This document shows positions 22,641 to 34,677 of a stretch of 64,000 bases of DNA, one piece after another (the first letter of the stretch is position 1; each line of letters begins with the position of its first letter). Both the position numbers and the translations under genes were made by a program. The DNA is from Azolla caroliniana. Its lineage: Eukaryota > Plantae > Polypodiophyta. Under the pieces are notes generated by a model, which had not been told where the DNA came from, did not search any database, and worked only from the letters and a program-made list of their open reading frames with translations. The stretch covers positions 7,874,001 to 7,938,000 of the forward strand of contig JBHGNT010000010.1 in the NCBI GenBank assembly GCA_043228905.1, written 5' to 3'.

Positions 22641-25600
22641 AAACTGTGCACTCTGTGTCTTACGCACACGCTTCCTCACAACGTATTCTTTTACATGGTA
22701 TCAGAGCGCGAGGGTTGAAGTCCTTTGCAGCCGACAAGAAAAGCTTGCGACATAACAGAGTTGAAGTTGTTCGGAAAAGAAAAAGACAGCAATATAGACA
22801 GAGGAATGGGAAGCTCATTTCCGACTAAAAAGCTTGACACAAGCAACTACGCATCTTGGTCTTACAAGATGCACTAGTACCTGCTCGGCCATGGCTACTG
22901 GAGTTATGTCGAAGGAGCAAACAATGTGGCACCCAACTTGACACACAGGGACTATCCGGCTTGGGAACAAGCGGCAAGCAGATTGTTGTACTGCTTCGTG
23001 TCCTGTGTGAGCGATCAGCTTTTGAGCTATATTAGGGATGCCAAGACGCCTAAGGACACGTGGGCAAATCTCAAGAGGATTTTCGCCACCAGCACAATGG
23101 CTAGAAAGTTGTAGCTTAGACAGGAGCTCAACAATGTACGACAAAGAGATATGTTGATGGTTGATTACACCACCAAGATCAAAGAAATCTGCGACTCTCT
23201 TGCCTCTGTTAACGTGAACGTCGAGGAAGATGAAATGGTGTAGGTTTGTCTTGGTGGCTTGGCGTCAAAGTTCGGACCTTTCCAAACGGCGGTCTACACG
23301 AGGGAGATTACATCTTCGTTTTTCGAGCTTCAATCAATGTTGCTCTTAGAAGAAAACCACGCGGGTGCGTCGACAAGTGCGCACGCTGATGGCAAGATGC
23401 TTTACACGGAGGATGATAGGCCCCGTGGTCGTGGTGGACGAGGCGGATTGGCACACAATGGGGCAGCCGAAAAGAGCAGAATGTATGGCATAATAGAGAT
23501 GTCAGAAGCAATTCCGAACCCTCCGCAAGCAGGGGGAGTCATGGCGGTGCCGGAAGACGGCATGAGAAGACCGCACCGGATTGCTGGTACTGTGGCAAGA
23601 AAGGTCACAAGGAGAGCGAGTGCTGGAAAAAGCGAGCCGATTCGGACAAAGTCAGATCGAGCCGAAGAGATGCAAAGAGGCGTCAGAGATCGCACTACGC
23701 AAAAAGCTCTGAACGAGCCAAAAATGGAGCAAGCCCTGCCTTCATAATGAAGCATAAAGCCAATTCAATGGCCGTGAACACCTTGAAATCAAGCGAGGTG
23801 TGGTTGTTGATTCCGGAGCGTCAAATCATATGACGAGCCACGAGGAATGGATCTCGTACTTGGAGAAGCAGGAATCACGAGGGGTTGTCGAAACGGGAGA
23901 TGACACCCCGCATACCATCGAACATGTCGACGAAGTTCCCCTCAGCCACATCGGGTAAAAAGGGAAGCTAATGAACGTATTGCACGTCCCGACAATAACG
24001 AAGAAATTGGTGTCGGTCAGTCAGATCGTCGACCAAGGTATGCAAGTTTAATTGACGCACCTCGGCTGCTTCATAGAAGAGGAAGGCAAAGTGATTGCGC
24101 AAGGGCGCCGTGAAGGGAGGATGTTTATCCTCGAAACCAATAATGTGGGTACCGCTATGTTCGCGAAAGGACAAAAGGTCGAATCGGATATCGACCTATG
24201 GCACAAGCGGTTCGGCCACGTAAATTTCCCACGGCTTCGTGAAATGCAGACGAAGAACATTGTTTTCAGGTTGCCGAAATTTTGTGGCCGAAATGGCTGT
24301 AAAAAGTAGCGTGCGGAAGCAAGTATGAAGACCGAACAGAAGGCAGAAAACTCAGGTTTAATGGAAAGCTTGAGCTTATGCAGTATACGCGGGAGAGACA
24401 GAGACAGAGAGAGTGAGAGAAAACAAAAGAACTATATTCAAAAAATACTCAATCTCTATTCACAACTCTATACATGTTCGTGTTCAATGAACACTTTTAT
24501 ACAAGTCCTAGAAGGACTGACAAAAGTACTGACAGTACTTCAATGCTCATTGAGAGCTCCTACACTAACTCCCAAATATATTCCTCACGGAATATCTTTC
24601 ATAACGGCCTCCCGGTTTACGCACCGATCCGGCCCTACCTACGCACCGGTTTACGCATTCGGCCTAACTGATCGGTCCCAACCGATCCGGTCCTCGGCTT
24701 CTTCAGCCGATCCGGTCCTCGGCTTCTTCAGCCGATCCGGCCGATGTTGAGCTTGTCTCTCAACACTCCCCCTCAAGCTCAACTTGAGGCTCTTCGGGAT
24801 CTTTGGGCTCACAGCTCCGGTTCCTCCTGGCTTCACGCCGCGCTCGCGCTCCTCGACCTGTTCGACTCCGCGCGCTTCGACCCTTCCGGTTGGCTTGTCT
24901 GCTCATGTGGCCCTTATCAGCTCTTCTGTTGTTGCGGTGTTGACGCTTCTCCTACTGCCTTTTCTTCCATTTGGGCCTCGGTTGATTCAGCATATCTGAA
25001 TCAAACATCCGAACCGACTCGGCTACCTCCGATCAGTTTTTGCTCTCATCAGAGTTGGCTGTCTCCAACTTGTCTTCAGTCTTCTCGCCCTCGATGGCGT
25101 CATCTTCCCCATGCGTGGTTGGCTTCGGCTCTCTCCTTCGGTTGTTCCCCTTCTGTCCGCTTTCGGATTTTTCCGCAGGTCTGCCCTCGGCTTCTTCAGC
25201 CGATCCGAAGTCGAACTCGACAACCGAGTCAACCGACTCGCTGTCGCGGCCTCCGCTCCTTTCCTGCTGCCTTGCTTGGTCGTTCGGGACTGTTCTCCCC
25301 CTCAAGTTTGGCACGTCGAGGTGACGCAATCCGAGCGCACCTGAGAATTGCCGCAACTTGTCCAGACCAAGAGGCTTGGTGAAGATGTCGGCAGTCTGCC
25401 GATCCGTCGGAACGTACTGAAGTTCGACTTCACCGGAAAGGACACACTCACGGACGAAATGGTAGTACACCTCAATGTCCTTAGTCCGTGCGTGGAAAAT
25501 GGGGTTTTTTGCGAGCTGGATGCTACTGAGGTTGTCGCAGTAGATCGTCGTCGGAGCTGACACCTCCTCTTGCATGTCCTTAAGTAGCCGCTTCAACCAT

Positions 25601-28600
25601 ATGGCTTCGCATGTCGCGACAGCCGCTCCTCGGTACTTAGCTTCGGTGCTCGACAGTGCAACTGTCGGCTGCTTCTTACTGCTCCACGCGATCGCGGCAC
25701 TCCTAAGGGAGAACGCATATCCGGACGTGGATCGGCGATCGATGGCGTTGCCGGCCCAATCAGCATCGGTGTAGCCGACTAATTGCGCGGCTGCACCTGT
25801 CCGATATAGCAATCCCCGGTCCTTAGTGCCGTTGACATACCGAAGTATGCGTTGCGCACACTGAAGGTGCTCCTCGGAAGGTTGTGCCATGAACTAATTG
25901 ATCACTCCGATCGGATAACTGAGATCGGGTCGGGTGATGGTAAAGTATATGAGGCTTCCGACAATTTGTCGGAACCTCGTCGGGTCGCATACCTTTCCCG
26001 TATCGGGACGAAGCTTGACGGTTCTGTCCAGAGGAGTCAAGACGGACTTACAGTCGGCCATCCCGAATTTGAAGAGCATACTCAGCACGTAATGACGTTG
26101 GTTGATCAATATGCCTTCGGGGGTACGGATCACTTCGATCCCGAGGAAGTAATGAAGGTCCCCCAGATCCTTCATGTCGAACGATGCCGCAAGCTGAAGC
26201 TTCACGCGGTCTATTTCACCTAGGTCGGCGCCGGTGATGCCGTGTTTCTCCGCGTAGCCCTTTGCCACTAGCCGAGCCTTGTACCGGTTGACCGAGCCAT
26301 CGGTGTTGTACTTGACCTTGTACACCCACCTACACCCGATCGGTTTAACCCCTCTTGGTGCGTCAACCAGGTCCCAGGTCTCGTTCTCCGCCAATGCGTG
26401 CATCTCTTCCTCCATCGCGGCACGCCAATTCACGTCTTTAGCCGCTTCTACGTAGCTCTCAGGCTCACGCACTTCCACTACACGGGTCATGTACGCATAA
26501 TGAACCGCAAAACAGGATTCTTCTGGCGGGTAGATCGGCGTAATCTCACATTAGTCGATGTGGATGCCTTCTCGGTCGACGCGGACTTCACCTTTAAAGA
26601 CCCGTCACCGGTTCCCTTGGAGTCGGACTCGCGTCGGTCTGACTCGTTCCTATCCGTGCCGGAATCCGACACCTTCTACCCTTTCTCTTTGCGCGTAAGC
26701 CGTCTCCTCGGCTTCCTACGCAGGGAATGCACGACCGAGTCTCCACTACTTGCCAGCTCTTCATCGGACTGGTTGTACCGACTCAGTCGTCCAATCGGTC
26801 CACTTAATAGGATTGAAATCGGACTCTCTTCGCGGGTCTCAATTTCGGGCTCATCTGGAGGCATCTCGGCCTCGCTGACCTCATCGTCAGAGCTTGGATT
26901 GGAGTCGGGTTTCGGAGTCGGGGGCTGGTACCAGGACGCGAACTCGTCAAACACAATGTCGCAGCTAACACGCGCTTGTTTGGTGCGAGGGTTATAGCAC
27001 TTATAACCCTTCTGCTCATCCGAGTAACCAACCAAGATGCATTTCTCGGCCTTTGCGTCCAGCTTCCTCCTTTTCTCCTTTGGTACATGCACATACGCAA
27101 TGCTACCGAACACCCTCAAGTGTCGCAAGTTCAGCTTCGTTCCGAAATATAGCTCGTGCGCCGACACTTTGTCTCCGATTCGGTTCTGGATGTATACCGC
27201 AGTCCTTACCACCTCAGCCCAGTAGAACTTGGGCAAGCTCTTCTCCTCCAGCATTGCCCATGCCGCTTCCACAACTGACCGATTCTTCCTCTCGGCCACG
27301 CCGTTCTGCTCCGGCGTGTATCTACAACTGAATTCGCGCCGAATTCCCATTTGTTGTAGATAACCGTTGAATTGACCGGAAAAGTACTCTTTCCCGCCAT
27401 CCGACCGCAGGCACTTGATCTTTCGTCCCGTTTCCGTTTCCACGAACCCTTTGAGGTCCCGGAAACAGTCGAAGACTTCGCTCTTCCTCTCATTGAGGTA
27501 GATCCACGTGTGCCGCGTGTGGTCGTCGATGAAGGAGACGAAATATCGGCTCCCGCCAAGACTAACGTTTTGTGCCGGCCGCCATACATCGGAGTGTATA
27601 AGGTCGAGCTTGTTCCGGCTCCGGTTTCGCTCGTTGGGGAAAGGAAGTCGGTGTTGCTTCCCGAGCTGGCAGGCTTCACAAATTTGTGCCTTTCGGCCAC
27701 TAAATTTGGGCAATCCGAACACTACCTGTTTCGATTGCAAATCTTGAAGCCGCTGGTAGTTGACGTGGCCTATCCGCTTGTGCCACAAGTCAATGTCCGA
27801 CTCGGATTTTTGTCCCTTCGCGAACATTGTAGTGCCGCCGTCAGTGGAGTCAAGGATGAACATCCTCCCGTCTCTGCGCCCTTGCGCAATCACACGGCCT
27901 TCTTCCTCAATGAAGCACCCGAGGTGTGTAAACTGAACCTCCATCCCTTGGTCGACGATCTGTCCGACCGAGACCAAGTTCTTCGTGATTGTCGGAACGT
28001 GCAGCACGTTCATGAGTTTCCCTTTCTGCCCGACATGGCTAAGGGGAACTTCTCCGACATTCGCGATCGGATGTGGAGTGTCGTCTCCAGTTGCGACTAC
28101 TCTAGGTTGTATCGGTTTTTCAAGGTACGAGAACCACTCCTTATGGCTCGTCATGTGGTTTGACGCGCCGGAGTCTACGTACCACACCTCGTCCAATGTC
28201 AGGGTGGTCTGTTTCATTGAGTTTGCTTCGTGTCTCGTCACGAAGGCAGACCCTTCTCCGGCTCTCCTGGAGTCTTCGGCGTAGTGCGATCGCTGCCGAT
28301 TTCCCTTGTCGGTATGTTTGGAGCCGTTTCCGGAACCGGTTCTCTCCGAATCGGCGCGCTTCTTCCAGCACTCACTTTCCCTGTGGCCTTTCTTGCCACA
28401 GTACCAGCACTCCGCGATGGCCTTCCCTAGCCGGTTCTCATCGCTTCGACTCCCCCTGTTTCCGGAGGGTCCGGAGTTGCTATCGGCATCACTTCGGTGC
28501 CTTCTTTCTTGATCTCGTCGGCCGCCTCCATTGCGCACCGACTCGCCTCGTCCTCCACGTCCACAGGGTCTATCTCCCTCCGTGTACAGCATTCTGTTGT

Positions 28601-29672
28601 CGGTGTACATGCTTGTAGACGCACCCACGTGGTTCTCCTCTACCAGGAGCATTGACTGTAAGTCGAAAAAGGACGGCGTATTCTCCCGGGTACACACAGC
28701 CGTTCGGAACGCTCCGAACTTCGACGCCAAACCTCCGAGACAGATCTGGACCATCTCGCTCTCCTCGATGTTCACCTCTATGGAGGCGAGGGAGTCGCAA
28801 ATATCCTTGATCTTTGAGGTATAGTCCGCCACCGACAAGTCGCGTTGTCGTAGGTTGCTCAACTCCTGTCGAAGCTGAAGCTTCTTGGCTGTGGTGCTCG
28901 CGGCGAAAATCTTCTTCAGATTTTCCCACACACCCTTCAACGTCTTTGCAACCCGAACATAGCTCAATAGTTGTTTGCCCACACACGACGCGAAGCAGTA
29001 TAATACCCTGCTCACCGATTGCTCCCATGACGGGAAGTCTCTGTGTGTCGATTCGGGTGCCGCGTCATTAGCTCCTTCGACATAACTCCAGTAGCCGTGC
29101 TCGAGCAGGTACTGGTGCATCTTGTAGGACTAAGACGCGTAGTTGGTTCTGTCAAGCTTCTCTGTTGGAAGCGAGCTCGCCATGCCTCTATCCATCGTTC
29201 TTCTTGTTCTTCTTCGTCAAGCTGTGTCGGCTGCAGAGAGGTTCTCAACCCTCGCGCTCTGATACCATGTAAAAAGTAGCGTGCGGAAGCAAGTATGAAG
29301 ACTGAACAGAAGGCTGAAAACTTAGGTTTAATGGAGAGCTTGAGCTTATGCAGTATACGCGGGAGAGACAGAGACAGAGAGAGTGAGAGAAAACACAAGA
29401 ACTATATTCAAAAAATACTCAATCTCTATTCACAACTCTATACATGTGTGTGTTCAATGAACACTTTTATACAAGTGCTAGAAGGACTGACAGAAGTACT
29501 AACAATACTTCAATGCTCATTGAGAGCTCCTACACTAACTCCCAAATATATTCCTCACGGAATATCTTTCCTAACGGCCTCCTGGTTTACGCACCAATCC
29601 GGACCTACCTACGCACCGGTCTGCGTACCGGTTTACGCATTCGGCCTAACCGATCGGTCCCAACCGATCCGG

Positions 29673-30861
29673 TGTAGTGAAGATCCGTCACTACGCGCGG
29701 ATTGTGAGGCGGAACCGCCGGGGTTCTGGACCGGAAGGATTCAAAGTCGGTACAAGCTTTGGCGAGAAAGTACTTAAGATAGATTGGGAAAGAGAGAAGT
29801 TGAGATTAAACGATTGAGAGAGATTGATTGAACTTTTATCTTTGGATTTAAGAAACAAGTTACACCATCAATTTGATAACAAATTTCTTCTTCTTAATTT
29901 CATTAAAAAAAACGTGTTTTTTCTCCTCCCCCTTCCTTCTTTTATAGATGCTCTCATGCATATGATGCATGTGAGGGTACAAGACATGCATAAATTGCAT
30001 GTTTGCCATTCGGCGCTTATGTATTACATGTGGTGCATGATAACCATGTCACTCATTTTAGCTCTCATGTATGAGAATTTACAGGTAAAAGTACCATGAT
30101 AGAAGTGTAATTTCAACTAAATAGCATGGCTTAATGGTAAGCCAATTGATTCCTAACTTGGAGGTGCAAGGTTCGAATCCTTCCTTGCCCTCCTTGTATA
30201 TGTATATATGTATATATATTTATATATTTATTTATCTAGTCGCCGGAAGCCGGTTCGTCGGATGTCGTCGGTTACCAGTGCCGCCGCCGGATGCCGTCGG
30301 TTATCGGTGCCTCGCCGGATTCCGTCGGTTACCGATGCCTCGCCAGATGCTAGTGTCGTCGGTTACCGGTGCCTAGCCGGATGCCGTCACCGCATGCCGC
30401 CGCCTCGCCGTCGCCGGATTGCCGTCGGATGCCGCTGTCTCACTGGCGCCGGATCACCGGCTCCATCGCCGGTCCGGTTTTGGTTGGCCAAAACCCTTTA
30501 CGAGTAGCTAGCCCACCTCCACTCTTAGTTCAAGTTACCTTGAACTCTCTATGCTCCACACATAGACACAAAGATAATATCTTTTGCTCCACCTTATATA
30601 TGATGAGAGTCGTATTTGTCGTGCCTATGTGGGATATCTCACAATTTTCTCTTTTCCTTTCACAAACTTTATACCCTCATATCTTGACATTTAGTTGTCC
30701 GTTTCTCGTGTAATAAAGTGTATTCGAAACCTCCATCATTTTGTACTTAGATATTAAATTTATTTAAAATGTTATCTTCACAATTATTGTATTATGTGAT
30801 TTATACTCGATTTTATACGTTTTATGGGATTTTCACACTATTGCCGAAAATCTTCACGACA
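29673..30861 (-). mobile_element. Gypsy solo LTR related to 7178-8173
   Basis: Termini TGTAGTGAAGAT...ATCTTCACGACA. Shared blocks GTTCTGGACCGGAAGGA and CATGCATATGATGCATG. Flanks CCGG/CTGG; the host LTR resumes seamlessly. Confidence 0.88.
30240..30480. repeat. GC-rich degenerate tandem repeats inside the solo LTR
   Basis: Recurring GCCGGATGCCGTCGGTTACC(GG)TGCC units. Confidence 0.75.
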
Positions 30862-33800
30862 CTGGTCCTCGGCTTCTTCAGCCGATCTGGCCGATGTTGA
30901 GCTTGTCTCTCAACAGGCCAAGTCTGCGAATGCCTATGAGATGGGAAAACAACACCGACTTCCATTCCCAAATGAGCGTAATTGTAGTCGAAGTCCATTG
31001 GATTTGATCCATTCGGATGTGTGGGGTTCGGCACAAAACGTGAGTCTCGGTGGAAGCCGTTACTTTGTAACCTTCATCGATGACTTCACTCGGTACACGT
31101 GGGCAGGCATGATTGAGAAGAAGAGCGAAGTCTTCGCATGTTTCCTGAAGGTGAAGAGCCTTACGGAAAGGGAAACGGGGCGTAAGATCAAATGCCTACA
31201 GTCCGATAGCGAGAAGGAGTACTTCTCCGACCAATTCACATGTTATCTACAGAAGGAGGGAATTCGACGTGAATTCTCGTGTAGATACACGCCGTAGCAG
31301 AATGGTGTGGCCGAGCAGAAGAATTGGACAATTGAAGAAGTGGCCAGGGCAATGCTTGAAGAGAAGCATTTGCCAAAATTCTATTGGGCTGAAGCCATAA
31401 AGACGGCCATCTACCTGCAGAATCGAACTTCTGCTAATGGAGGAGTGTTGCCACATGAGCTGTACTTCGGGAAGAAGCCGAACTTGGTACACTTGAGGAT
31501 TTTCAACAGCATTGCCTATGTACATGTGCCGAAGGAGAAACGGAGGAAGTTGGACGCGAAAACCAAGAAGTGTATCTTGGTCAGCTATTTGGACGAGCAG
31601 AAGGGTTATAAGTGTTATAACCCACGCACCACACAAGCGCGCGTGAGCCACGACGTTGTGTTTGACGAGTCCGCGTCCTAGTACTTGCCTCCGACTCAGG
31701 ACCTCACCTCCAATCCGATTTCTGAAGAAGAAATCATCGAGGCTGAAATGCCTCCGCACGATGACGGAATCGAAGCTCTGAGAGAGAGTCCAATTTCATT
31801 TCAACTAAGCGGGCCGAATGAAGTGTTGGGCCGAGATGACCACCCAAATAATGAGACAGTGAGTAGTGGAGACTCGGTCGTGATGTCCCAGGGTAAAGAA
31901 TCGAGGAGACGGTTTACACGCAAGGAGAAGGGGAAGAAGAAGACGCCAGAATACGATTTCGGTAGTGCCGAGTCAGTTTGAAGCAAGTCTGACCTCGAGC
32001 CAGTCGAGAAGAACCTCCACGGAAGAGGTCAAAATCGACCGAAAAGGTCACGAAATTGGGTAATCACGAATACGCCGATCTACCCGCCAGAAGAACCATG
32101 TACAAAGATACGGGTATAATGAGTACATGACGCGAGTGGCGGAAGTGCGTGAGCCGGAGAGCTACGCAAAAGCGGCAAAGGACGCAAATTGGCGTGCCAC
32201 AATGGAGGAAGAGATGCGTGCCTTAACGCAGAACGAGACATGGGACCTGGTTGACGCACCAAAGGGTGTGAAGCCGATCGGCTACCGGTGGGTGTATAAA
32301 GTGAAACACAACACAGACAGCTCCATCAACCACTACAAGGCCCGTTTAGTAGCAAAAGGCTACTCGCAGAAGCACGGCGTGGACTATGACGAGTCCTTCG
32401 CGCCTGTCGCGAAGATGACGACCGTTCGTGTTTTGCTCGCAGTAGCAGCGGCAAAGGGGTGGCACCTACATCAAATGGATGTAAAAAACGCGTTCCTGCA
32501 AGGTGATCTTGACGAACATGTGTACATGGTACAGCCCCCTGGATTTCTATCCAAACAAAACACCTCGGCAGTTTGCCAATTGAAGAAATCCTTGTATGGA
32601 CTAAAGCGAGCCCCACGAGCTTGGAACGCAAAGATTACGCAACACTTGCATAGGATGGGGTTTGCGTCGTCAAAATCAGACTCTTCTCTATTTGTTCAGC
32701 AAGGACAATACGAACCGGTCAGCCTACTCTTGTACGTTAATGATTTAGTCGTTGCCGGTGCCGACCTTGACGAAATCCACCGCGTGAAGTCTCAGTTTGT
32801 GGCATCGTTTGAAATGAAGAATCTCGGAGACCTTCATTACTTCCTCGGGATCGAAGCGATCCGTACCCCCGAAGGCATATTGATCAGCCAACGTCATTAA
32901 GCGCTGAATATGCTCTTCAAGTTCAGGATGGCAAATTGTAAGCCCATCTCGACCCCTCTAGATAGAATCGTCAAGCTTCGCCGAGATTCGGGAAAGGCAT
33001 GCGATGCGACACGATTCCGAAAAATTGTTGGAAGCCTTATCTATCTGACGATTACTCGGCCGGATCTTAGTTATCCAGTCAACCTAATCAGTCAATTCAT
33101 GTTGCAACCTACGGCCGAACACTTTCAGTGCGTGCAAAGGAAACTGCATTATGTCAGCGGCACGAAAGACATCGCATTGTTTTATCGAGCAGGCATAGCC
33201 GAACAGTTAGTCAACTACACGGATGTCGATTGGGCCGGAAACACCCGTGATCGTAGATCCACATCCGGATACGCCTTCTCGTTAGGAAGTGCGGCGATCG
33301 CGTGGAGCAGCAAAAACCAGCCGATAGTAGCACTGTCGAGCACGGAGGCCGAATATCAAGGGTCGACTCTCGCTACGTGCGAAGTCATTTGGCTAAAATG
33401 GCTATTACAAGATCTGCAGGTAGAGGTGTCTGATCCGATGATGATCTATTGCGACAACCTTAGCAGTATCCACCTTGTGAAAAACCCCGTGTTCCACGCC
33501 CGGACCAAGCACATTGAGGTGCATTACCATTTTGTCTGTGAGCGGGTCCGTTCAGGAGAAGTCGAATTGGTGCATGTTTCGATTGATCGGCAGATTGCCT
33601 ACATCTTCACAAAACCTCTTGGTCTCGACAAGTTACGGCATTTCTCGGGTGATCTAGGGTTGTGTCACCTCGACACGCTGAACTTGAGGGGGAGAAAGGA
33701 AGACAAACAGGAACAAAAGCGTGAAAGGAACGGAGGTGTTCATCACAGCGGAAGTGACCGTGATGAGGAATCGGATGAAGAATTCAATTTCGAACTGGCC

Positions 33801-34677
33801 GAAGAAGCCGAAGAAGAAAGCAAGGGCCGCAATCGTAGGGAAGATCCGAGGACAACCAAATCAGGGGGAGATACAGCCAAGAAGGGCGTAAAGGCCAAGA
33901 CGAAGACGTGGTCAGAAGTTGTCAAAGGCTTGAAGACCGAAGACGAGTTGGAGACAGCCAACGCGGACGAGAGCGTAAACCGATTGGAGGAAGCCGAGTC
34001 GGTTCGGATGTTTGATTCGGATACGTTGAATCAACCAAGGGCCAACTAGAAGAGAAGGCAACAGAAGAGGCACCAACACCGCAATAGCAAGGAAGCGGAG
34101 AAGGGTCGTGTGAGCAGACAAGCCGACCGAAAGGGTCGAGGCACGCAGAATCGAACGGGTTGAGGAGCGCGAACGAGGCGTGGAGCCAGGAGAAGCCGGA
34201 GCGTAGATCCGGCGGAGCAGGCCGAACCTCAAGTTGAGCTTGAGGGGGAGTGTTGAGAGACAAGCTCAACATTGAGTGCGTAATACGGTGCGTAACCCAG
34301 TGCGTAGACTGGGTGCGTAAAATAGTACGCATAATGTGGCCGTATCGGTGCGTAAACCGGAAGGCCGTTAGTATGGTATTCCTCGTAAGGAATAATTTTG
34401 GGAGTTAGTGTAGCAGGCTCATTTATGAGCATTCAAGTACTATCAGTACTTGTGTCAGCCCGGTAGTCAAGGCTTGTATATAAGGTGCTCACTGAGCACG
34501 AAGTATGTACAGAACATAGCATTATTTTTTAATCTGATTTTCTGTTGTCTGCTCAATCTCTCTCTGTCTCTCCATCTCCATCTTTGCGTTTTCTGTGTTT
34601 TACCGAACTGTCTTATTCTCCCAAACTGTGCACTCTATGTCTTACGCACACGCTTCCGCACAACGTATTCTTTTACA

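Larger units (their letters stand above)
24298..30915 (-). mobile_element. Short-LTR copia element nested in opposite orientation; RT core deleted; 5' LTR split by a gypsy solo LTR
   Basis: 3' LTR 24298-24765; 5' LTR 29268-29672 plus 30862-30915. PBS 29253-29267; PPT 24766-24777. 814-aa gag-PR-INT ORF. The host reading frame GRNG|QVCE is split at the insertion. Confidence 0.93.
22641..34677 (+). mobile_element. Short-LTR copia element (host of the element at 24298-30915)
   Basis: 5' LTR remnant 22641-22695 and PBS 22696-22710. Gag/PR at 22800-24297; INT-RT-RH resumes at 30916. PPT 34239-34250; 3' LTR 34251-34677 (TGTTG...TTACA). Confidence 0.9.

Noticed and set aside
24744-25382. Antisense ORF starting in the 3' LTR (MLSLSLNTPPQAQLE...), also present at 33922-34332
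   Set aside because: The sense strand is purine-rich, so antisense stops are rare by composition. The conserved sense-frame Pol tail explains the similarity, and the two antisense ORFs end at different points.
30115-30195. Functional tRNA-Arg gene
   Set aside because: Acceptor and anticodon stems do not pair; reported only as a tRNA-like cassette.
30240-30480. CRISPR-like array
   Set aside because: Degenerate tandem units without unique spacers, in eukaryotic LTR context.
24293-30920. 3-bp TSD (GGC) as a family property
   Set aside because: A single case that could be a 5-bp TSD with a small deletion.
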